From NCBI GenBank assembly GCA_964016885.1, contig OZ024742.1, forward strand, positions 118,916,001-118,980,000: a stretch of 64,000 nucleotides of DNA, in the 5' to 3' direction. The stretch's first letter is position 1, and every line of letters begins with the position of its first letter. The position numbers and the translations under genes are program-made. This DNA comes from Eledone cirrhosa (Eukaryota). Positions 54,572-64,000 of the stretch are shown here, one piece after another. The notes under the pieces were generated by a model. It did no database searches and had not been told where the DNA came from. It saw only the letters and a program-made list of their open reading frames with translations.

Positions 54572-55660
54572 CTGAAAATATATTAGAAAGAATTATTATA
54601 AAACAAATATAAAACATTCGTAGCAAATATAAAATTATAAACTTTCAAGTCTATACAAATATAATTTAAGTTTTTATTACAAAACGTGTTTGAACCTCTA
54701 TTATCAATGAAAGTAACATGAGTACTAATTATTTTGCCAACACTGTTTAACCCTTTAGCATTTAAACTGGCTGTATCCAGCCGGAATTCTCTCACCTCTT
54801 TCTGTTCAAACCGACTGTAACCAGCCACTCATACTGATGTTATGGTATTGTTCTCAAAATAAATATCAAAATCTCATAGATTCAATAATTATATAGAATA
54901 TATAGAATAATGTAAATGCTACAGGGTTAAGCTGATTTTTAAGTCAATGCTGCTGTCTTGGACAGCTGTCACCATTAACACAAACTTATTTCTGTGTGAA
55001 AGTTGTAATATTGAAACATTTTCAATATAATACGTTTCAAAAGTTTTAATGTTACATATTATTTATAATGACAATATGGATATAATATAGCTGAATGGTT
55101 AAGAAGTTCACTTCTCAATCATAAGGTCATGTGTTTGATCCCACTGCATGGTATCACTACCTTGGGTCAACCCAAACTATATTAGTGAAATTAGATAGAT
55201 GGAAAATGCTTGGAATACTGTCGGGTGGATTGCACCTTATCAAGACAGAATCACCAAGAATTATGTTAAAAATACACATGCCTGTGGAATGTCGAGCCAC
55301 ATATACCAAGAATTACGTTATCAGGCTGTTTCATTAATCAAATAACTGGAACATCGAACACTGAAACTGATGGAGTCCCATTCCATAACAACAAAGGTTG
55401 TGATATTGTATCTTTTGTAAAGGAATTAAAAAATTTGAATTTTCACCACCAAAGCTAATAGATGAAAAGTCCAGTTCTATCACAAACTGCCACACTGAAT
55501 CACCCTGAGAATTATCCTAATGATACATGTTGGTGGAATGTTCAGCCACTTGCATGTAAATTTCACAAGCAAGCTGTCCTGTTGATTGAACAATTGGAAC
55601 AGATTTATATAATACTGGGATACATTGACAGCAATAAACATGGGCAATAATTTGACTCAC

Positions 55661-55841
55661 TTGATATGAACCCCAATGAGCATATTGGAAAGGGGCATTT
55701 TGTTGTACAGCACTTGATATATCGTTATTACCAGACACAGCTGTACCAGTTGCAGATAACATATCTTTAGATCCATTGGCACGACTGCAGTTGTTATTTA
55801 CTCCACCGTCCAGTTTAGCCTTTTTCTCCGATGGTTCTTCT
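55661..55841 (-). CDS. PRPF39: PRPF39 penultimate coding exon, EEPSEKKAKLDGG...QNAPFQYAHWGSYQ
   Basis: 181 nt, TTTTTAG acceptor, CAA|GTGAGT donor; 'EEP.EKKA' as in vertebrate PRPF39; ORF 55517..55948. Confidence 0.87.
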
Positions 55842-56279
55842 CTAAAAAATATTTTTAAATGGCTCGATTTAACAAAATTACAAATAAAAATAACATTAAA
55901 ATATATTAAAATCAATAAAAAAATATTTTTATCTTGAATGAAAAACACTGTATATTATAATGGTATAGACGAATGTAAATTATCTTTCAAGTAATAAATT
56001 TCATAGTGAAACAAATAGCAGCCTTTTGTCTTTGTTATTGCTGTCATACAATCTTTAAGATAATATGCCCCCAACTGAAGATATGTTAATTATGATACAG
56101 ACTATTTTTCCTCTGCCGAAGCAGGGGTTACTATGGTGAGCACCATGAAAGGCTTTATGGTCGGAGGTCATTCCTGGATCCAACCATTTTAGTTGCTGCT
56201 TATGACATGTTGTATGTATTCTAAACACAGTTATGTACCTGTAATTCAAAAGTCCAAACTTGTCACACACTGAGCTGGA

Positions 56280-56572
56280 TGCATTTTATTGTGTCACTGA
56301 CACCACCACTTTACAGAGTGAGCTGGGAGTTATCTATTGAGGTACATAGTGAACTGGGTGCATTTAATTGAGGTGATGGCCCAACCACATTATAGAGTGT
56401 ACTAGGTACTTTTACCTTGTTACAAAGTGGACCAGGTGTATTTTATTGTGGTAAAGTGGGCTAGGTATATTTTATTGTAGTACAGACTGGGCCAGGTATA
56501 TTTTATTGTGGTACAAAGTGAACTGGCTGTATTTTATTGTGATACAGAATGGACTGGATGTATTTTATCATG
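56280..56572. repeat. Degenerate about 30-bp tandem repeat (AAAGTGG.CT.GGT.TATTTTATTGTG) in a PRPF39 intron
   Basis: Several diverged units; the same motif is dispersed at about 16200, 34930 and 54060. Confidence 0.6.
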
Positions 56573-56608
56573 TTTATGGAAGACAATTTAAAATTAAACA
56601 ATACCTAC

Positions 56609-56689
56609 CCGCATTCAATCATTTTCCGTTTCTTTTCTATGTGAGCTTCTTTCAAAAATTTTTGGTGTTCATCATAAGCATCAAGTAAC
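56609..56689 (-). CDS. PRPF39: PRPF39 exon, LLDAYDEHQKFLKEAHIEKKRKMIEC(G)
   Basis: 81 nt, TTTTAG acceptor, CGG|GTAGGT donor, phase 2/2; 'LL.AYDEHQ..LKE' motif. Confidence 0.9.
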
Positions 56690-57412
56690 CTAAAAGATAA
56701 AAAATGTTTACAATCAGCATTACAAGGGTAGGCTGAAAGGTTCATAGGCTGACTATGAACGAGTGATGCTAGAGCTGTGGAATTTGGCATGCATAAATTT
56801 CAACTCTTCTTATTAATAACTGCATTTTCTTTCTAGGGACTATGTTGAAAAGTAAACCTCATTTAGTAATTCCATGAGAGTATCTTGGTCAGCCTATGAA
56901 CTTTTCAGTTGACCCTCTATGTTGGTATCTTTATTCTTTTATTGGTTTTGCTCAATGGACTGAGGCCATGAGAAGTCCTTTTTTAAAATTCAATAATAGC
57001 TACCCTAGTACTATATTGTACAATATTGTACTATATTTTACTGATTGTCTAAGTTATCATTTTGACACAATACTGGTCTTGGCAACTAAGAAATAAAAGT
57101 TTTAAAAATACTAATAAATTAAAGCTTTTATGATTAAATTGTAACTTAAATATTAGCATTTACTTATTAACGTCCTGTACCACATAAAACCACATTAACA
57201 AGATCTTGAAAAGTACAAAACAGCACTATGATTGCATCACATTAAAAATCAGAAATCTTTAGTCTAATATATTGCAAATTTTCACAATGATTTGACTTAC
57301 TAGTAGATATAATTAGAATTAACAAACTTGTTTTAGATATTTTCTAAATCATTAGAAGAGTATGAAAAATGAATTATTTTAAACCAATCTTTTTATAATT
57401 AAAAATACTTAC

Positions 57413-57594
57413 TTGGTAATATCTTTTCCAAAATCTTCTAAAAATTCTATTCTTCTTTGTGAAAACTTAATTTTGCTTTGTAAAGTCATGTTAGTTGATA
57501 AAGTAAATTTAAAGGTGTCGAGTATTGAGTTTTCATTCATTGGTTGTATCTGATATTCAATATCTAATAGCTGCAGGTGTAATTTAGGATTTGT
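57413..57594 (-). CDS. PRPF39: PRPF39 exon, TNPKLHLQLLDIEYQ...IKFSQRRIEFLEDFGKDIT(K)
   Basis: 182 nt, TTATAG acceptor, CAA|GTAAGT donor; 'FSQR..EFLEDFG' motif. Confidence 0.92.
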
Positions 57595-58327
57595 CTATAA
57601 AAGAAAATAAGTAAAAGTTTAACAAAACTTTAAATAACTAATTTAAATGCAAGGATGGAAAAACGGACATGATGATAGTAATGTATGTATTGTTTTAAAA
57701 AAAAAGAAAACAGCTTAAGGAACTTCATCTAATTTTACCAAAATTTAACCTCAACAAAATTCCAATCAGTTCTAACATTGATTCCAAGTTTTCAGTGGAC
57801 TAGTTTTAACAATAAAATAGCTCTTAGATTAACTAACAAATTGTATTTCTGCTGCTGAAAACACTGGAAATAATCAAACTCAAATTCTTAATACTTAAAT
57901 ATGTGGTCAGCATGCCTTTATAAATTTCTCTTTATAGATTTCTAAATCATCATCATCACAATTTTATGTGTTTTTCTATGCTGGCATGAGTTGAACAGGT
58001 CATTAGAGACCAAGCCAGTACTTAATTGAAGTTACTGATTGATACTCTAGTTCATAGATTACCACTTGCATACAACACAACAAGCTTTGAAACAAGGAAC
58101 TGAGTTAATTTCATTTAAACATCTTAGTTAAACTTAATTTCGTCTTTGATAAAAACAAAATATTTGAGAAAAGATCAGATATCAAGGCATGTTTATTTTG
58201 TAGAGAAATATAAGAAACCTTTCCATTTACTCAAAGAGAAAGAAAGAGTGAGGTGTGTTAGTAATCATCATCATCCGTCAGCTTTTCCCTGCTTGCATGA
58301 TGCAATAGGATGTAAACATTAACTTAC

Positions 58328-58387
58328 CTCATCAATTTCTATAGCCCTTTTTAAAATTTCTTTCGCTTTATTTACATCCTGACAAAC
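58328..58387 (-). CDS. PRPF39: PRPF39 exon, VCQDVNKAKEILKRAIEIDE
   Basis: 60 nt, TATAG acceptor, GAG|GTAAGT donor, phase 0/0; corresponds to vertebrate 'KSRKVLLEAIERDK' region. Confidence 0.85.
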
Positions 58388-58462
58388 CTATAATTTCACA
58401 AAACAATTTTAGTTTATTAGAATAGTACAAAGTGTAATATTTGTAAAGTAAATTTTATAAAT

Positions 58463-58855
58463 TTAACCCCTTCATTACCATATTTCTAATGAAACCCACT
58501 GCCTACGATTTTCTAATAATTTTGAAAATAATTAAGACTTTTTTGGAGGGAAGTAATTAGTAATAAATTTAACTTTATTATTATTAACCCTTCTGTGATC
58601 ATATTTCTAATATAAGATACTGTATTTCAAATAATTAGTGGAGAATTTAGAGTGATTATTATTATTATTATGGCATTTTTATAGTAACTTAACAAAAGGT
58701 TTTTATATAAAATTATTAACTCTTTATAAAAGGTAGTTTTGGGTGGGTTGGTATCAAAAGGTTTAAGCAGGTGTTTGAAACTTAAAGATAAATATAAACA
58801 GTTTTATATTATACACCAGGGGTGGTTTCAAGTAGCCTGATATCAAAAGGGTTAG
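58463..58855. mobile_element. Second TTAA/CCC-ended MITE family, apparently one copy nested in another
   Basis: Left ends TTAACCC.T...TACCATATTTCTAAT-like at 58463 and 58584; right ends ATCAAAAGG(G/T)TTA at about 58766 and 58855; related left end at 30282. Confidence 0.55.
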
Positions 58856-58884
58856 ATCCATTTAATAAAAAGAATTTCAATTAC

Positions 58885-59093
58885 CTTTGATAAAAAACGG
58901 GAGTATTTTATAGCAAAAAATGAACGTATTTCTTTGGTAGCTGCTGTATCCATATATTCTTGGAACAAAGTTGCTGCAGCATCAAAATTGGATTGACGAC
59001 GCTCTAAACTTATTCTCCGAAGTGCAACCATGGCAAGCCCAGGAATGTTTTTTTCTAGATTGTTCAATATTTTCCAAGCTTCCTCATAATTAC
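58885..59093 (-). CDS. PRPF39: PRPF39 exon, (G)NYEEAWKILNNLEKNIPGLAMVALRRISLERRQSNFDAA...SFFAIKYSRFLSK
   Basis: 209 nt, TTTACAG acceptor, AAG|GTAATT donor; 'GLAMV.LRR.SLERR' motif; within ORF 58852..59127. Confidence 0.93.
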
Positions 59094-59504
59094 CTGTAAA
59101 ACAACAGTTTTGTTTAAGTATTCTCACATAAAATGAAGCTTTAGAGGGTAATTATACTGAATAATCTATTAACTGTAAGCTTTAAATAAATCTTCTGAAT
59201 GACTCTCAGCAAATATTTTTCTTGATTATCTCATTACCAAGACACAAATATGCTTTAATTGTCAAAAGATAACTAGTGATCATAGCTTTAGGGGATATTT
59301 TCTCCTTTTGGCACTGGTACTTTATTTTATTGACCCTGGTTAGATTTTCAAAACATAAAGAGTCATAACTAAATGCAAAGCATTTTATCCCACACTCTAA
59401 TGAATCTGCCAATCCACCACCTATACAATAATATACTTTTCACAATCCTATTAAAAAAAGAAATATAGTCAAATTTATATTAAGCAAAATTTTTTTCCAC
59501 TTAC

Positions 59505-59631
59505 CTTGACTTTCTTCAAAAGCAGCCCAAGTTAAATGTATTGAGGGCTTTTTTGGTAAATGAATATTACATGCTCTTTTATAAACATTACGAGCAGCTT
59601 CAATACTATGTTGTTCTATATATCGAGCATA
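59505..59631 (-). CDS. PRPF39: PRPF39 exon, [42 protein letters not shown](G)
   Basis: 127 nt, TATAG acceptor, AAG|GTAAGT donor, phase 0 to 1; 'RAC.IHLPKKP..H..WAAFEE' motif. Confidence 0.94.
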
Positions 59632-59903
59632 CTATAAAAAATATAAACATAATTTAATCAAATTTCTCACTTTTAAATAAAAATTTAAAAAACCATAGGT
59701 ATGTTGAGGTGTTAGGTTAACGAGGTTACTAACAATAAAGAAAACTAAGTGATCAATGAAACATAATTAGAACTAGGCTTTTTCTCTCCATAACAACTTA
59801 TAAGATCTTTGATCAACTTCAAATGTTATAAGCAGATGTCTGTTTGACATAGAATATTCCAAAGGAAATTTTCTTAATTAAATGTGTATATATGAGAAAC
59901 TTA

Positions 59904-60932
59904 CCGTATAATACTTGAATACAAGCTGACCTCTATTTTATGCCTGAGAAATTAGCAAAAATCAAAACTCGTATTTAAGCTGAGGCATGGTTTTGAAATT
60001 CTCATGAGTGGAGAAAATATTTACGAAGTTTTAATATTTTGATATTTAAAATGTTTTAAGGGTTGTTTAAAGTATAGTTTATTACCATTTCATCCGCTTT
60101 ATAAAGTTTAACCCTTTAGCATCTAAACCGGCCATATTCGTCCAGAATTCTGTCACCCCTTTCTGTTCAAACTGGCCACTCATACTGATGTTAAGGTATT
60201 GTTCTCAAAATAAATAATATCAAAATCTCATAGATTCAATATTATGTGAGATAATAATGTGAGGTAAAATCTTTACCGTGAAAATATAATAATAAATATA
60301 GTGTAATGTAAATGCTAATGGGTTAAACAACTTTCTCAAAATTTTGTTTACTTTCGCCTACTTAAATGCAGGATAATCACTACGAGGGATATACACAACC
60401 CTTAAGTGAAAATAAGACAGCCAGCTCACACATTTTTATAATTAGAAAATAAAAAAAGCATGAGAAAATTCTAAATTAATATAATATAAAGAAATGGAAA
60501 TATACTTTTAGTTTAAGGTATTAATTAAAAAAAAGAAAAGATTTTCTTTAACTGTTATGGAGATCATTAAAACACTAAGTGGAGATTGAAATAAGAGAAC
60601 ACTATAACGATTAAGAGTAGAAGGGGGAGGAAGAGACAGCAAGTGAAATAAAACAAAAGATTGGAAGAATAATTAAGTCCAAGAAAAACAGTTGGCACAT
60701 ATGTGCATGTGTGTATGCATATGTGTATAGAGGATATTTATGTATTAAAATTTCAAATAAAGATTTGATGGGAATATTCTCAAGGCAATGCATAAATAAA
60801 ACTCACAATGATATAGTAAATGTAGAAAAACAGTGTTTCATTGTGAAATAATCACTCCAGATATTTTTGCACTTTATTTACAATTGATTTTTTTGGTCAC
60901 ATATTCCTATGCTTATATTCAAGTATATACAG
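59904..60932. mobile_element. Non-autonomous TA-targeting DNA transposon (Tc1/mariner superfamily, CCGTA-type TIR) with nested MITE at 60108-60326
   Basis: Ends CCGTATAATACTTGAATACAAGC and GCTTATATTCAAGTATATACAG; TA duplicated at 59902-59903 and 60933-60934. Confidence 0.85.
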
Positions 60933-60934
60933 TA

Positions 60935-62378
60935 CTTTCTAATGTGTATATATGAGAAACTTACTTTCTAATGTGCATATGAGAAACTTACTTTCTAATG
61001 TGTATATATGAGAAACTTACTTTCTAATGTGTATATATGAGAAACTTACTTTCTAATGTGTATATATGAGAAACTTACTTTCTAATGTGTATATATGAGA
61101 AACTTACTTTCTAATGTGTATATATGAGAAACTTACTTTCTAATGTGTATATATGAGAAACTTACTTTCTAATGTGTATATATGAGAAACTTACTTTCAA
61201 ATGTGTATATATGAGAAACTTACTTGTATATATGAGAAACTTACTTTCTAATGTGTATATATAAGAAATTTACTTTTAAATGTGTATATATGAGAAACTT
61301 ACTTTCAAATGTGTATATGAGAAACTTACTTTCAAATGTGTATATATGAGAAACTTACTTGTATATATGAGAAACTTACTTTCTAATGTGTATATATGAG
61401 AAACTTACTTTCTAATGTGTATATATGAGAAACTTACTTTCTAATGTATATATATGAGAAACTAACTTTCTAATGTGTATATATGAGAAACTTACTTTCA
61501 AATGTGTATATATGAGAAACTTACTTTCAAATGTGTATATATGAGAAACTTACTTTCAAATGTGTATATATGAGAAACTTACTTTCTAATGTATATATAT
61601 GAGAAACTTACTTTCTAATGTGTATATATGAGAAACTTACTTTCAAATGTGTATATATGAGAAACTTACTTTCAAATGTGTATATATGAGAAACTTACTT
61701 TCTAATGTGTATATATGAGAAACTTACTTTCTAATGTGTATATATGAGAAACTTACTTTCTAATGTGTATATATGAGAAACTTACTTTCTAATGTGTATA
61801 TATGAGAAACTTACTTTCTAATGTATATATATGAGAAACTTACTTTCTAATGTGTATATATGAGAAACTTACTTTCAAATGTGTATATATGAGAAACTTA
61901 CTTTCTAATGTGTATATATGAGAAACTTACTTTCTAATGTGTATATATGAGAAACTTACTTTCTAATGTGTATATATGAGAAACTTACTTTCTAATGTGT
62001 ATATATGAGAAACTTACTTTCAAATGTGTATATATGAGAAACTTACTTTCAAATGTGTATATATGAGAAACTTACTTTCAAATGTGTATATATGAGAAAC
62101 TTACTTGTATATATGAGAAACTTACTTTCTAATGTGTATATATAAGAAATTTACTTTTAAATGTGTATATATGAGAAACTTACTTTCAAATGTGTATATA
62201 TGAGAAACTTACTTTCAAATGTGTATATATGAGAAACTTACTTTCAAATGTGTATATATGAGAAACTTACTTTCAAATGTGTATATATGAGAAACTTACT
62301 TGTATATATGAGAAACTTACTTTCTAATGTGTATATATAAGAAATTTACTTTTAAATGTGTATGTATCAGAAACTTAC
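60935..62378 (-). repeat. 29-bp tandem array built from the PRPF39 exon/intron donor junction (about 50 copies)
   Basis: Minus-strand unit ATATATACACATT(A/T)GAAA|GTAAGTTTCTC; continuous with the authentic donor at 62378. Confidence 0.97.
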
Positions 62379-62543
62379 TTTCAACCAAAAATCTTCATAC
62401 AGCGCAGTTGCTATTAAGCATCTTTCAAAGAGAACAACAACTCTCTCATGAGTTCCAAATTCAATTTCAAAATCTAAATAATCTTTCCAGTTCTTTAACT
62501 GTGATCGTTCTAAAGGTTTAACATGGAAATAAGGCCGTTTAAT
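62379..62543 (-). CDS. PRPF39: PRPF39 exon, [55 protein letters not shown] (HAT repeats)
   Basis: 165 nt, TTTTCAG acceptor, AAA|GTAAGT donor; very close to the conserved PRPF39 '[18 protein letters not shown]...[10 protein letters not shown]' segment; ORF 62367..62561. Confidence 0.96.
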
Positions 62544-63451
62544 CTGAAAATTGATAATCAAAAGTTAGATTGCATTTTATATAAATCACAAATTCAAAAT
62601 ATATTCCTAATTATTTTTGAGAATAACAGACACTTCACTAGAAATAATAGTTTCTGATTTAGGCACAAGGCCAACAATTTTGGGGGAGAGAAAAGTCAAT
62701 TAAGTTGAACCCGTAAGGATGAAAGGCAAAGCTAACCTTGGCAGGATTTGAACTCAGAACACAACTCTATGCTACAAAGCATGATGTACAACGCTCTACT
62801 GATACTGCCAATCCACTAGTAATAATTGCTTCTACTTTTGGCACAAGGCCAGCAATTATCCCAGTGCATTACTGGTACTTTATTTTATTGACCCCATATG
62901 GATGAAAGACAAAGTTAACTTCGGCGAGATTTGAACTCAGACCGAAAAGGGCCGTAACTCTATGCTGCAAAGCATGGCGTCCGACTCTCTACCGATACTG
63001 CCAATGTTGCACAGAAAGCAAACAGAATCAGAAATTTTTATTTGATTGAAGGGTTCAGCAACTGAGAAGTATGAATAACAGGAGTATTTTAAAAAAAAGA
63101 TGGTCTAAATTCTAGGCAACATCCACCATATGAAAGTAAAATCATGTTCAGTACAATATTCTCTTATTTTCAGATCAATTTGCTGATTTTAAATCATTCT
63201 TTTAATATGCACAGTAATTCTTCCTCCTATTAACCCACCCTTTTTTAGTTTTACTTATTCAAATTCTTTAATAGAAAAAACTCATGGTTTAAATTATTAG
63301 ATTGCAACCATGCTGTGTTACCGTCAAAATGATAGTTTAGAAATCGGCTAAAATACAACTATTAGAAACTATTACAACTAAAGAAAATTTGATTTTTTAA
63401 AAAAATGGCTTAATTTCTAATAATGATTTTCATATAAATCAAAACACTTAC

Positions 63452-63562
63452 CCCTTCTTCAAAAGCCCACCGCTTACTAACTTCTTCTTCAGTTTCTTTA
63501 TGAACTGCTTGCCGAATTTCAATAATTTTAGCACGTAATTTATTGGCTTCAACTTCATCTGA
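63452..63562 (-). CDS. PRPF39: PRPF39 (pre-mRNA processing factor 39) internal exon, SDEVEANKLRAKIIEIRQAVHKETEEEVSKRWAFEEG
   Basis: 111 nt between TTCTCAG acceptor and GGG|GTAAGT donor; resembles recalled metazoan PRPF39 'EVSKRWTFEEG'; upstream exons lie beyond the window. Confidence 0.9.
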
Positions 63563-63692
63563 CTGAGAACAAATATTTATTTGATGGTTTGTACCCCAAA
63601 ATTTGAAATTTTTAGCAAGAAATGAAACAAAAGTGAGTTAAAAATACATCTGACAAAGTCGAACATTAGAGAAACTTACTAATGGCCACTAA

Positions 63693-63856
63693 AAAATGTA
63701 CCAACTGATTAGGCATTTGTGAAGGTATCTTAACTGGTATATAGATATTTTCAACAAGCCATATGAACATCCCCAAAAATGTATGCAACTGATTAGGCAC
63801 TTGCGAGGGTAACATAGTTGGTATATAAATATTTTCAACAAGCCATATAAACATCA
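63693..63856. repeat. Two-copy about 83-bp tandem duplication in a PRPF39 intron
   Basis: AAAAATGTA..CAACTGATTAGGCA..ATTTTCAACAAGCCATAT.AACATC occurs twice. Confidence 0.8.
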
Positions 63857-64000
63857 CTCATCAAAACGTATTAATTACATATAGATTTCTTTGTACATTT
63901 CGTAATGAATGATGAATCCTTCTCCTTTATGCTTATTTTCATTTTAAAAGCCATATTTCTTTGTTTCATATCTATATGTTTTAATAGTGATAGTTAAGGG

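Noticed and set aside
60935-62378. CRISPR array or coding repeat
   Set aside because: Head-to-tail units with no spacers, and stop codons recur within a few units in each frame.

Overview
AT-rich, intron-containing animal genomic DNA, not prokaryotic. The (TA)n/(CA)n microsatellites, dense tRNA-derived SINEs and RTE LINEs suggest a cephalopod such as Octopus; this is inference only. Two host genes lie on the minus strand. One is a large first coding exon of an UNC-93-like MFS membrane protein (6245-7309). The other is the last nine coding exons of the U1 snRNP-associated splicing factor PRPF39 (54500-63562), with GT-AG junctions and reading phases that join cleanly by hand. The rest is mostly mobile and repetitive DNA: RTE, CR1-like, R4/Dong-like and Penelope-like retroelement relics, a decayed mariner, a decayed Rep/helicase Helitron plus non-autonomous Helitrons, TTAA-flanked MITEs, SINEs and several minisatellites. 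The most notable observation is in a PRPF39 intron. Its 5' splice site has been tandemly amplified into about 50 copies of a 29-bp unit (AAA|GTAAGT), and using any extra donor would include an in-frame stop. A TA-inserted DNA transposon splits the last unit and creates a candidate 39-nt poison exon. All coordinates and counts were made by eye.
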